A stretch of DNA of 64,000 bases from the IMG/VR virus record IMGVR_UViG_3300036820_000004, positions 32,001 through 96,000 of that record. One strand, given 5' to 3'. Numbering within the stretch: the first letter of the stretch is position 1; every line of letters starts with the position of its first letter. Below the pieces are notes generated by a model. It saw only the letters and a program-made list of their open reading frames with translations. It was not told where the DNA came from and did not search any database. This stretch comes from a virus. Made by a program: the position numbers and the translations under genes. This document shows positions 8,889 to 17,542 of the stretch, piece by piece.

Positions 8889-10234
8889 CAGGGGCCTGTC
8901 CGAGAAAGCCCCGTCGTTCAGGGCGGGGATGAATCGGATGCCCTAACGCCCATCGTGTCGCTTACTCAAACCACCGAAATGTAGTAAACTTGCATTGTGA
9001 GGACGGCGCACAAGGTGCGGGCCTACCCGGCCCCCGAGCAGCAGGCGGTGCTGAACCGCACGTTCGGGTGCGTCCGCGTCGTCTGGAACCGCACCCTCGC
9101 TACCCGCCACGCCCGCTACCACGCCGAAGGCAACGGCACGTCGTACCGGGAATCCGACGCGGCACTGACCGCGATGAAGAAACTCCCCGAGGTGGAATGG
9201 CTGAACGAGGTGTCAGCGGTCCCCCTCCAGCAAACCTTGCGGCACCAGCACGCCGCGTTCCAGGCGTTCTTTCAGAAGCGCGCCCGGTACCCGCGGTTCA
9301 AGTCCCGGCGCGGGAAGCAGTCAGCTACCTACACCCGCGCGGCCTTCCGGTGGCGTGACGGGCATCTGACTCTCGCCAAGATGGACGCGCCGCTGCAGTT
9401 GGCGTGGTCGTGGCCGCACATTGACCCGGCGACACTGGACCCGTCCACGGTGACCGTGTCTCGCGACCCAGCCGGGCGGTGGTTCGCCGTCCTCCACGCC
9501 GACGTCCCGGACCCGGAACACCTGCCCGCGACCGGCCGGAACGTCGGCGTGGACCTCGGGCTCAAGGACTTCGCGGTGCTGTCCACGGGCGAGCACATCC
9601 CCCACCCGAAGCACATGGAACGCCGCGAGCGGCGGCTCAAGCGCTACCAGCGGCGGCTTGCCCGGTGCCAGCGCGGATCCGCGAACCGCGCCAAAGCAAA
9701 ACGGAAGGTCGCACGGCAGCACGCCCGGGTCGCTGATGCCCGCCGGGACTTCCTCCACAAGGCCAGCACTGATCTGGTGCGCCGCTTCGACGGCATCGCG
9801 GTCGAAGACCTGAACGTGTCCGGCATGGTCCGCAACCACTGCCTGGCCAGGTCAATCAGCCAGACCGGGTGGGCCGAGTTCCGCGCGTTCCTCGCCTACA
9901 AGGCAGAGCGGTACGGCCGGACCCTGGCTGTGGTGGACCGCTGGTACCCGTCATCGAAGACTTGCTCGGGATGCGGGCATCTGCTCGCGTCCCTTTCTCT
10001 GGGCACCCGCAAATGGGTGTGCCCAGGATGCGGCGTCCTGCACGACCGGGACGTGAACGCCGCGAAGAACATAGAGGTTGCCGCCGGGCTGGCGGCAGGT
10101 GCCGGAAACGGTGCCGATGCCTGCGGAGCGGATGTGAGACGGGCGGGGGCAACCCCGGCGCGGTCTGCTGTGAAACAGGAACCCTCGGGCGCGAGCCCGG
10201 GAATCCCCGTCCTTTAGGGCGGGGAGGATGTCAA
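8889..10234 (+). mobile_element. non-autonomous IS200/IS605-family element (tnpB only)
   Basis: Follows TCAC (8885-8888); left hairpin CCCCGTCGTTCAGGGCGGGG; right hairpin CCCCGTCCTTTAGGGCGGGG followed by TCAA at 10231-10234; no tnpA. Exact ends inferred. Confidence 0.85.
8997..10217 (+). CDS. tnpB: RNA-guided endonuclease TnpB
   Basis: N-terminal RAYP...FGCVRVVWN; RuvC VGVDLG, IAVEDL, HDRDVNAA all intact; Zn ribbon CSGC...CPGC. Confidence 0.95.
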   Translation: MRTAHKVRAYPAPEQQAVLNRTFGCVRVVWNRTLATRHARYHAEGNGTSYRESDAALTAMKKLPEVEWLNEVSAVPLQQTLRHQHAAFQAFFQKRARYPRFKSRRGKQSATYTRAAFRWRDGHLTLAKMDAPLQLAWSWPHIDPATLDPSTVTVSRDPAGRWFAVLHADVPDPEHLPATGRNVGVDLGLKDFAVLSTGEHIPHPKHMERRERRLKRYQRRLARCQRGSANRAKAKRKVARQHARVADARRDFLHKASTDLVRRFDGIAVEDLNVSGMVRNHCLARSISQTGWAEFRAFLAYKAERYGRTLAVVDRWYPSSKTCSGCGHLLASLSLGTRKWVCPGCGVLHDRDVNAAKNIEVAAGLAAGAGNGADACGADVRRAGATPARSAVKQEPSGASPGIPVL

Positions 10235-10249
10235 CGGAAGGAACTTGCT

Positions 10250-10465
10250 GTGCTCGAAGAACTGCTTGCCGCGTTCCGTACCGTCGAGAAGGGCCTGTCC
10301 GGCACAGGCGTCGAAGCCGCTGCCAGCGAAGACGTGCAGAAGCTGGAAGCGATTCTCGCCGAGAGGGAGCAGGAAGCCGCGGCGGCAGTCACCCGGGCGG
10401 AGCAGAAGGCTGCGGCGTGGCTGGCGTCAAGGCTGCACCCGGAGGCGGTGGCACCGCCGCAGTAG
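10250..10465 (+). CDS. hypothetical helical protein
   Basis: GTG after RBS GGAAGGA, just outside the IS right end. Confidence 0.55.
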   Translation: MLEELLAAFRTVEKGLSGTGVEAAASEDVQKLEAILAEREQEAAAAVTRAEQKAAAWLASRLHPEAVAPPQ

Positions 10466-10520
10466 CAACGTGGGTGCGCTTTCCGCATTGCGGGCGATGA
10501 CGTGTGGCAGGCTGGGGCCG

Positions 10521-10970
10521 GTGAGCGACACCGTAACCGTGCCGGACGGCATGAGGATCACTATCTGGCACTCGCTGACCGAGTTCACCACGACGCCCGT
10601 GCGCGCCATTCTCCACGTCCCCACCACGGTCACCGCCAGCTATGACGGCAACGCCCCCGGCTGGGTGCCCGAGACGCCGCCGCGGCGGCTGATCGGGTTC
10701 AGTTTCAGCTTCCTGGGCGAGATCGCCGGGCGCGCCATGGCCGAGGTGGACGAGATCGCCGCCATGATCGCCGCCCATCTGGCCGCGATGGATGAGGACT
10801 GGCCCGGTCAGGAGGCGCACGTGCGGCTGTACCCGGTCGTGGACATCTCGCTGATGTGGGAAGTTACGCCGGACCTGCAGCCCGATGGCCCGCGCCCTGA
10901 CGTGACCTTGTCGCTGCTCAGCCAGATCATGCCAGGCATCACCGGGACCGCGGTTTCTCCTCCTCGCTGA
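10521..10970 (+). CDS. hypothetical protein
   Basis: Protein-like portion of ORF 10245-10970 starting at GTG 10521. Confidence 0.5.
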   Translation: MSDTVTVPDGMRITIWHSLTEFTTTPVRAILHVPTTVTASYDGNAPGWVPETPPRRLIGFSFSFLGEIAGRAMAEVDEIAAMIAAHLAAMDEDWPGQEAHVRLYPVVDISLMWEVTPDLQPDGPRPDVTLSLLSQIMPGITGTAVSPPR

Positions 10971-11385
10971 CGTTCTTTCCCCGTTCCGCGTCCCACTCCC
11001 GGTAGGTGGCCATGTGCCACCGTGGCTTGTCTCCCTCGAACTCGTCGGGTTCGGGGATGTCGCCCTTGTCCCGTAGTTTGACCTGCCACCGGTAGGTGAT
11101 GCCGGCGAGCCGGGCCCACTGGACGGGGCCGATGAGTGCGTCTCCGGGCAGCGCCGAGGGGTCGGGGGGCAGCCGTGCGACGCGGTGCGGCCGTGCTGAC
11201 CCGGGTGTGAGGTCGTCGCGTTCGGGCAGCCACCCGTGGACGTCTCCGATGCCCGGCACCGGGATCACGTAGTCCGGTCCGGCGATGGCGTCGCTGCCGC
11301 GTTTGAGGCGCTGGGTGACGGCCCTTCGGGACAGTCCCATGCGCTTGCCTGCCTCGGTGGAGTTGAGCAGCCGCTTCGGGGTCAT
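10939..11385 (-). CDS. tandem HTH (Xis/AlpA-like) DNA-binding protein
   Basis: RBS GAGGAGG; LLNSTEAGKRMGLSRRAV and a second unit LIGPVQWARLAGIT...PEPD...PRW. Confidence 0.65.
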   Translation of the reverse strand: MTPKRLLNSTEAGKRMGLSRRAVTQRLKRGSDAIAGPDYVIPVPGIGDVHGWLPERDDLTPGSARPHRVARLPPDPSALPGDALIGPVQWARLAGITYRWQVKLRDKGDIPEPDEFEGDKPRWHMATYREWDAERGKNVSEEEKPRSR

Positions 11386-11528
11386 GCGTCCTCCTCGGCG
11401 CCCCACGCAATGATGCCGCCTGCGGTCGCCGCAGTGAAGTACGGGACATCACGCCATGTCGGGGTCATCATCCGCGTGAGCCGGTCAACGCTGTGCCGCG
11501 TCTTGTCGTCCAGGTCGTCGGGCGTCAT
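11382..11528 (-). CDS. hypothetical protein
   Basis: RBS GGAGG; ATGA coupling. Confidence 0.5.
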   Translation of the reverse strand: MTPDDLDDKTRHSVDRLTRMMTPTWRDVPYFTAATAGGIIAWGAEEDA

Positions 11529-11893
11529 GCGTCCTCCGTGGTACTGAGGGCGTCCAGGGCGGCGTTCAGCCGGTTCTGGCGTTCCTGGTCGGCGTCGGAA
11601 AGGTTCAGCCGCCAGCATGCAACGGAGACGCGCCCGGCCTGGCCGAGGAGACGCCAGTTCGCGGTGAACGGGTCGTCAAGGATCACCTCGAGGACGCCTT
11701 GCGTGCGAGCATGGATGTAGACGTGCTTGCGGATGATGCCAGCCACGACCGGGTCGCACAGGTCGGGGAAGTCCCCGGCGAGGACGTCGACCACGGCGCA
11801 GGCGTAGGGGTCCGCGTCCCATGGTGCTGCTGTCTCGCTGGTCACCGGAAGCTCCGCGAGGAAGCCCCGTCGTTCACGGCGGGGAGTAGTCAA
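11525..11893 (-). CDS. hypothetical protein (N-terminus extended by mini-IS)
   Basis: TTG at 11893 is in frame with the probable original GTG at 11845. Confidence 0.55.
   Translation of the reverse strand: MTTPRRERRGFLAELPVTSETAAPWDADPYACAVVDVLAGDFPDLCDPVVAGIIRKHVYIHARTQGVLEVILDDPFTANWRLLGQAGRVSVACWRLNLSDADQERQNRLNAALDALSTTEDA
11846..11893 (+). mobile_element. 48-bp IS605-type mini-element (single hairpin + TCAA)
   Basis: TCAC|cggaagctccgcgagGAAGCCCCGTCGTTCACGGCGGGGAGTAGTCAA|; hairpin nearly identical to the TnpB element ends. Confidence 0.7.
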
Positions 11894-12171
11894 CGGTTGC
11901 TCCCTTCCTGCTGCTCGAAGTACTCCGCGATCAGGTCCCGCTCCGGCTTGTCGTTCCGGTGCGCTATCCCGTACGCCACCCCGAAGACAACAAGCGCAGC
12001 GATGACGCCGAGGATGCACAGCGCGATCACGCGGGCCGCGCCGCCCACGGCGATGGGGACAGCAAAGATCACGAAGATCCAGATGACCTTGGTCAGCGGC
12101 TGCCAGTCAGTCTTCTGCCCGGTGCCGCCCCGTCGTGCTGACCTCAGGCCAGCGAACACGATCCAGCGCAT
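11890..12171 (-). CDS. membrane protein
   Basis: RBS AAGGAGG; two TM helices. Confidence 0.6.
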   Translation of the reverse strand: MRWIVFAGLRSARRGGTGQKTDWQPLTKVIWIFVIFAVPIAVGGAARVIALCILGVIAALVVFGVAYGIAHRNDKPERDLIAEYFEQQEGSNR

Positions 12172-12212
12172 CACTCCTCCTTGGTGAGAGTCTGCTGTCC
12201 GGGCTGAAAAGC

Positions 12213-12455
12213 TCAGCGAGGGACGACGGCGCCGCGACGGATGTCGCCCGCGAACAGGGCGCACACCTGGATGCCGGTAAGAAACCCGACGATCCCTTCC
12301 TTGGTTGTGAACTTGAGGATCTGGCCGCGCCAGCCCACGATCCACTGCTCGCCTATGGGGTCGGTGGGCAGCACGTACTCGATCATGCCGGCTTCCTGGT
12401 AGGCCTTCAGGTCCTCGTAGATGCGCTCGTCGGTCACTTCGGCTGGTTCGCTCAC
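12213..12455 (-). CDS. hypothetical protein
   Basis: RBS GAGGAGG; typical codon usage. Confidence 0.6.
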   Translation of the reverse strand: MSEPAEVTDERIYEDLKAYQEAGMIEYVLPTDPIGEQWIVGWRGQILKFTTKEGIVGFLTGIQVCALFAGDIRRGAVVPR

Positions 12456-12542
12456 CGTTCCTCCTCGCTGCTGATCTTGGTTGTCCTGCGTGCCCGGCGG
12501 TGCATCGCTGCGTACGGCGGGAACCCGCCGCCGGGCTGGTGG

Positions 12543-14027
12543 TCACTCGTCCTCGCTGAACGCGTCCCAGCCGGTCATGATCTGGTCCAGGCGCTCGGCC
12601 TTCTCCTCGTCATCGGCCGGCTGCCCGCCCGTGGCGACCATTTCCTCGATCGCGTCACGCGCGACCTGCGGCCAGTCACCGCCCGCGACGTCGGCCACGA
12701 TCAGGAGCGGCTCGGCCAGCTGCGCCGACCGGTTGCCGATGCCCTCAGGCATCTCCGGCACGTGCGTGGCGAGTTCGCCGATGTGCTGCCCGGCCCACGT
12801 GCTCATCCGCTCCGAGATGACCTGCGCGGCGAACCGCGCCGAGGAGTCGTAGCGCGGTGCCCGCCAGTTGTCCGGTGCGCGGCGCATGCGCAGCCGCCAC
12901 GCGCGGCTGAGCGTGGCGGCCATGGTGCCCTCAGTGCCGTGCTCGATCTTGTCGAGGCCGGCCAGGGCCAGCGGCCCGAACGTGCAAAGCCGGTGAACCG
13001 ATCCGTTGCGCACCCTTGCCCACACCCCGTCGGGAGTGTAGCCATCGTTGATGATGGCCCGGATCGCGGCCTTTCGCGTGCCCTTGCCGAACAGCACATC
13101 GGCCTCGTCCAGGAAAATCGACTCGTGCGCGCCGATGGAGTGCGCGACCGCCGGCTCGCTCGGCTCCGTCATCACCACAGGCGACGGGCAGAGCCGGGAG
13201 ACGGCTTTCATGGCCTCGCTCTTGCCGCTGCCCGGCTCAGCCGAGGAGAACAGCAGCCGCGGCGATGACAGGAACACGAGCATGCCGCTCGCGTCCCGGC
13301 AGTGGGTGTGCATCGCCCACAGCGCCGCGACGGTGAGAGCTTCGGGGCTCGGCCAGATGATCAGGTGGCCGAGGAACTTGCGGGCGTACTCAATCGTCTC
13401 AGCGCCGTCCGCGAATCCCCGCGACCGCGCCACGGCCGAACTCTCGCGTACCGCGACCCGGCCGCGCGCCTGAGCGCTCAGAACCGCCGCACGCTCCCGC
13501 CCCGCCGCCTGGTAGCCCGCTATCCGGCTAGCCGCCGTGGTGTCCGCTGCCGCTGGCTCAGCGGCGCGCCGTGCCGTGTCTTCGTCCATGCCTTCTCCCT
13601 TGCTGCTGTCTTGTGCCGCTGCGTCGCGTTCATCGCGCTGGATACGGCGGCCGTCGCTGATCTGCTGCCGGTACTGCGTCACTGAAACCCTCGGCGACGA
13701 ATCCCAGAAGTTCCGGAGCTCCTCGGTCGCGTTCGCCATGGCCCAGGCCTGCGTGCCCGACCACAGCGACCATGCGTCGGTGACCTTGGAACCGCGGGCC
13801 ACAAGATTTCCAGCGCACGCCTCCTCGGCTGCCATGTATTGCGCGTGCGCCGCGTCCACCCATTCGGATGCGTCGCCGCGGCGTGCCCGGCGCTGCCGCT
13901 CGAGCTTCTCCCGGCGTTCAATCTCGCCGAGGACAAGGCCGGCCGCGCTTTCGTCGTGGGCCACCTTGCCGTACAGGTCGGTGAGCGCGTCCAGTGTGGG
14001 AACGTCCCGCAGTGCCGCGGTGCTCAC
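12543..14027 (-). CDS. DUF3631-like P-loop ATPase (replication-associated)
   Basis: SSAEPGSGKS Walker A, IFLDEAD Walker B, RAIINDG, ALAG, LSR motifs; GTG start coupled to upstream stop. Confidence 0.7.
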   Translation of the reverse strand: MSTAALRDVPTLDALTDLYGKVAHDESAAGLVLGEIERREKLERQRRARRGDASEWVDAAHAQYMAAEEACAGNLVARGSKVTDAWSLWSGTQAWAMANATEELRNFWDSSPRVSVTQYRQQISDGRRIQRDERDAAAQDSSKGEGMDEDTARRAAEPAAADTTAASRIAGYQAAGRERAAVLSAQARGRVAVRESSAVARSRGFADGAETIEYARKFLGHLIIWPSPEALTVAALWAMHTHCRDASGMLVFLSSPRLLFSSAEPGSGKSEAMKAVSRLCPSPVVMTEPSEPAVAHSIGAHESIFLDEADVLFGKGTRKAAIRAIINDGYTPDGVWARVRNGSVHRLCTFGPLALAGLDKIEHGTEGTMAATLSRAWRLRMRRAPDNWRAPRYDSSARFAAQVISERMSTWAGQHIGELATHVPEMPEGIGNRSAQLAEPLLIVADVAGGDWPQVARDAIEEMVATGGQPADDEEKAERLDQIMTGWDAFSEDE

Positions 14028-14296
14028 AGCTGGTCCGCGAACATGTCGGGCGTGCCGCACGGGTCGGGTTTCGGCTTCGCGCCGAGGTCCAGACCGGGCG
14101 TGACGTCGAACAGGGTCAGCGGCTCGGCCGCGTCCATGTCCTGCCTGCGCAGGTCCGCCCACAGAGGCTGGCCGTGCGATACTTGGTCCATCGGAAACCT
14201 CTCCCAAGGTTGCTTTTCCGATGCAGGCCCGGGGCGTTCCAGCGCCAACCGGGCCTGCCCTCTCTTGAGTTGTGCGGGTGAGTCTAGCAGACTCAC
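14024..14296 (-). CDS. hypothetical protein
   Basis: Coupled ORF in the leftward operon. Confidence 0.5.
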   Translation of the reverse strand: MSLLDSPAQLKRGQARLALERPGPASEKQPWERFPMDQVSHGQPLWADLRRQDMDAAEPLTLFDVTPGLDLGAKPKPDPCGTPDMFADQL

Positions 14297-14369
14297 GATG
14301 TGAATGGTGCCCGGCTCGCGGTCTGGCCGCTGCCGCCCCGTGGAGGCGCGGGAAACCGGGCGGAAAAGC

Positions 14370-14525
14370 TCAGCGAGGGGATGGGTCCGCTGGCCTGATC
14401 ACGGCCATATAGCCGCAGTTGTCGCACCAGACCATGAACGTGTCGCGGACCAGGCCGCTGACCCACTTGTTCTGGCCGCAGTAGCACTCCTCGCCGGCAG
14501 GGACCTGGACGGCCGGTTTCACGAC
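14370..14525 (-). CDS. small Zn-ribbon protein
   Basis: CYCG...CDNC; start uncertain. Confidence 0.45.
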   Translation of the reverse strand, partial: VVKPAVQVPAGEECYCGQNKWVSGLVRDTFMVWCDNCGYMAVIRPADPSPR

Positions 14526-14701
14526 TCGCCGCCACCCGCGTAGAGGTGGCAGTCGCACTCGTCCAGGCCGCACGGCACGTCGGCGCACCGGTCCATGCGT
14601 CCGTTCATGCCCTCCATCTCGGCTTCAGTGACGCCGCAGAAGCGGCAGGTCAGTCCCTCGCCGCGGTACTCCGGGTCGCGTATCCACTCGTGCTCACCCA
14701 T
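14519..14701 (-). CDS. small Cys-rich protein
   Basis: RBS GAAAGGA before MGEHEW...CRFC... Confidence 0.55.
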   Translation of the reverse strand: MGEHEWIRDPEYRGEGLTCRFCGVTEAEMEGMNGRMDRCADVPCGLDECDCHLYAGGGES

Positions 14702-14792
14702 CAGCGTTTCCTTTCGGTGCTGGTTTTGCTTGTCGTGCCTGCCGTTGCTTTGAGGCGTAGCCGGCGAGACTCCCGGCACGGCAGGCTAGGTG

Positions 14793-15152
14793 CTAGCTGA
14801 TTCGGTTGATCACCAGCAGCGGGTACAGGCTCCGGAACGCGCCATCACCGCCGCCGTTGTCCATCTCAATCTCCCCGGCTGGCTCAATCTCGTACACGCA
14901 TCCCCGCGGCCCGACCGCATCGGCGTAACTCTCGGCCGTCGAAAGATCCGTGGTGAAGTACACGTACACCGACCGGCCACGGTCATCGAACGTGTCGCCC
15001 CACGAGTTAGGCCTGGCGCCAGCTGTGAGCACGTCTCCGGGGTGCATGCGCGCCGAGCCGCCGTGGTAGAACGGGCCGGCCACGACGCGTGTCTCTTCGG
15101 TGTAGTCGCCGTCCGGTGTAGCCACGAGCACGCGATACTCGGCGCTGGTCAT
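14793..15152 (-). CDS. Arr-like ADP-ribosyltransferase
   Basis: PFYHG...PGDVL..G...N; YVYFT.DL..A; VYEIEP.G; FRS..PL.V follow the motif order of the rifampin ADP-ribosyltransferase family. Confidence 0.7.
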   Translation of the reverse strand: MTSAEYRVLVATPDGDYTEETRVVAGPFYHGGSARMHPGDVLTAGARPNSWGDTFDDRGRSVYVYFTTDLSTAESYADAVGPRGCVYEIEPAGEIEMDNGGGDGAFRSLYPLLVINRIS

Positions 15153-15404
15153 CGCTCCTCCCTCGGTGCGCTCTTGATCTGGCCTAGAACGGCGGCGCGA
15201 ACGCCCGCAGTGCCCACATGGTGTGACGCCCGGTGCTGCGCAAGTTCAGGCGGAACGTGTAGCGTCGGGCGTGGCGCCCGCGGCGCTGGCGGATCATGGT
15301 CATCGCTGGTTTCTCCCTTGGCTGAGGGTTGCTTTTGGTGTTGCGTGCCTGCCGCCGCTTCCGGGGCGTGGCCGGCTGATACCGGCACGGCAGGCTGAGT
15401 GTTG

Positions 15405-15716
15405 CTAGCCGGCGCGCTGCGCTTCCCGCTTGACCGCGGTCACGTGCTGGCCGTGGAAAGATGGCGCGAGCCACTTGCGGACGTAACCGGCGGCCCGCCA
15501 CCCGCACGAACATTGAGCGTTGACCAGGTGGGGAAACTCCGCATCGGCAAGCGCGCGGTATTCGTGCGGTTCGATGCTCGCTAGCGATTCCGTGTCGACC
15601 TTGACAGTGCACGGGTCCTGCCGGTTCTTGTGCGTGAGCAGCGGGTATCCGCATTGCTCACAGTGCCGGTACATCCCGCAGTCATCGCCGTGGGTGTGCG
15701 GCCTTCTCGGTGCCAT
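15405..15716 (-). CDS. Cys/His-rich protein
   Basis: RBS GGGAGG; CxxC and CSCGW motifs. Confidence 0.55.
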   Translation of the reverse strand: MAPRRPHTHGDDCGMYRHCEQCGYPLLTHKNRQDPCTVKVDTESLASIEPHEYRALADAEFPHLVNAQCSCGWRAAGYVRKWLAPSFHGQHVTAVKREAQRAG

Positions 15717-15783
15717 CACTGCCTCCCGGGCTCATCAGCGTGCGCTCCACGCACGGACCCGCACACAAGGTGCAGGTTTCGCC

Positions 15784-16038
15784 CTAGTTCCCGTAGTGAG
15801 CCACAGCGACCCACACACCATCGGTGCACACAAACTCCCGGCCAGCATGCGGCAAACGCCACGCCGACCCCTCACCAGCACCGTTCACCGTGACCGACAT
15901 CGCATCACCAGACGGCAGCGACGGACGCGAACACGCCGCCGGACCAGCCGAACCATGCGGCACAACAGCCAGCGTCACACCAGCAGCCAGCACAGCACCG
16001 CACACAGCGGCGACAAGACTCCGGACCATGACCAGCAC
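15784..16038 (-). CDS. putative secreted protein
   Basis: RBS GAGGGAG; signal peptide; two Cys. Confidence 0.55.
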   Translation of the reverse strand: MLVMVRSLVAAVCGAVLAAGVTLAVVPHGSAGPAACSRPSLPSGDAMSVTVNGAGEGSAWRLPHAGREFVCTDGVWVAVAHYGN

Positions 16039-16374
16039 ACTCCCTCACTCGATGAATGCTTGATCCTGCCGACCACACAGGTTCGGCACAGTCGCCGTAT
16101 CTAGGCGAAAGTTGTTCATTACGCGGTTACCCGCGAGTAGAAGTGCCACGTTTGCGCAGGTCGCACCCGTACCCGTGAGTAACACTGTGCCCTGGCGTGC
16201 TTTGAGGCCTAGCCGCGACGTCCGGCCGCCAGAGCTTTAGGTGACTGCCCGCTTACCGTGACGTTTCCGCGGAGCCTGTGCGCCGACCGGTTCGCTCTCA
16301 CGCTTAGCTATCCGGCGCACATCCCCGGACCTGGCTCCGGGTGGCTGTTCAGTTATCAAGGTGCTTGCGTGAGC

Positions 16375-16533
16375 TCAGCGCGCTTCCGCTTGCCGGTGCT
16401 CACAGCATGTCCAGCAGATCAGCTCACCCGTGCCGGCCCACTGTGTGGCCGGTGGCTCGGTGCCGCACTGCTCGCACAGACCGCATGCGCGCCACTGGCT
16501 CCGGACCCACTCGGGTGGCTTGCTCTGCTTCAT
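16375..16533 (-). CDS. leaderless small Zn-finger protein
   Basis: Hand translation MKQSKPPEW...CEQC...CWTCCEHRQAEAR; ATG lies 7 nt after the -10 box. Confidence 0.5.
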   Translation of the reverse strand: MKQSKPPEWVRSQWRACGLCEQCGTEPPATQWAGTGELICWTCCEHRQAEAR

Positions 16534-16540
16534 AGCCATG

Positions 16541-16570
16541 AGTCTGCCAGACTCGTCTCTTACCTGTCAA
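16541..16570 (-). promoter_or_regulatory. leftward sigma70-type promoter
   Basis: TTGACA-18 nt-CAGACT on the minus strand, heading the leftward operon. Confidence 0.6.
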
Positions 16571-16578
16571 GGGATTGA

Positions 16579-16645
16579 GTGTTACTTCTGCACAGTCTAG
16601 CTCGCATACCTGCTATGTGCTGTTACAACCAGACAGAAGTAACAC
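16579..16645. repeat. 12-bp perfect inverted repeat (operator-like)
   Basis: GTGTTACTTCTG (16579-16590) and CAGAAGTAACAC (16634-16645). Confidence 0.65.
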
Positions 16646-16927
16646 CTAGACCCGTCTCAGCACTGCTCAGCCATCACTGACCAGGCCACCACGCGATGAC
16701 ACGACACACACACCCGGGCACAACTGCCCGCGGCCGGTGCCACCACATCACCAGCACCCAAAGCACACAGCCAGCTCCGGCCCGCGGCACGCACACACAC
16801 CGCGGCACACGCCCCGCGTACTCCTATCACCCGATCGGTAAGATAGGAAATAGACCACGACTACCGTCTTCGCGGATTCTGGTGTGGTCCCCTATCTGTG
16901 CCCGTTTTGCCCGGTTTGGGAGGTTCG

Positions 16928-17542
16928 GTGCCTGACGGTGGTCCGCGGAGGCCGCGTAACCGGACGAGGACGTCGAAGCAGGCGATCCGGTGCAAGGCTC
17001 ATATTGAGCACGGGCCGCGTAAGGGTGAGCCGTGCCCGTTCTGGGCGATGACGGGACAGCTGGTGTGCGGGCGGCACGGGGGGAAGTCGCCGCGGGCTTT
17101 GCTGGGGGCGAAGGTGACTTTGGGTGAGGACCGGGCGCTGAGGGAACTGGCGCGGCTTGATCTGGAGCCGGTGGGTAACGCGCTGGAGGCGTTGCAGGCG
17201 CATGCGGCGATCGTGATCGCGTGGCGGGACCGGTTCGCGGCGGTGGTGAATAAGCTCACTGAGGACAGTATCCGGTATGAGGGCAAGTTGCACGGGGAGA
17301 TGCTGCGCGCGGAGATCGTGGTGTTCGAGCGGGCGATGGACCGGTGCACGACGACTCTGGCGGCGCTGGCGCGGTGTCAGGTGGATGAGCGTTTGACGAC
17401 GATCCGGGAGAATGACGCGAAGATGATCGCGGCGGCGCTGGCTTTGGCGCTGAGCGAGGCTGAGATCCCGGAGGATGCGGCGGAGCTGGTGCGGATCGGG
17501 TTCGGGCGCCGGCTGCGCGCCATCCCGTCCAAGGTTGGCTAG
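16928..17542 (+). CDS. putative terminase small subunit (HGGxSTG-like)
   Basis: RBS GGGAGG; C.A....G.PC......VC.RHGGKS motif; upstream of the large terminase. Confidence 0.7.
   Translation: MPDGGPRRPRNRTRTSKQAIRCKAHIEHGPRKGEPCPFWAMTGQLVCGRHGGKSPRALLGAKVTLGEDRALRELARLDLEPVGNALEALQAHAAIVIAWRDRFAAVVNKLTEDSIRYEGKLHGEMLRAEIVVFERAMDRCTTTLAALARCQVDERLTTIRENDAKMIAAALALALSEAEIPEDAAELVRIGFGRRLRAIPSKVG

Noticed and set aside
8997-10217. TnpB as a nuclease-dead TldR-type regulator
   Set aside because: All three RuvC acidic residues and both IS ends are present
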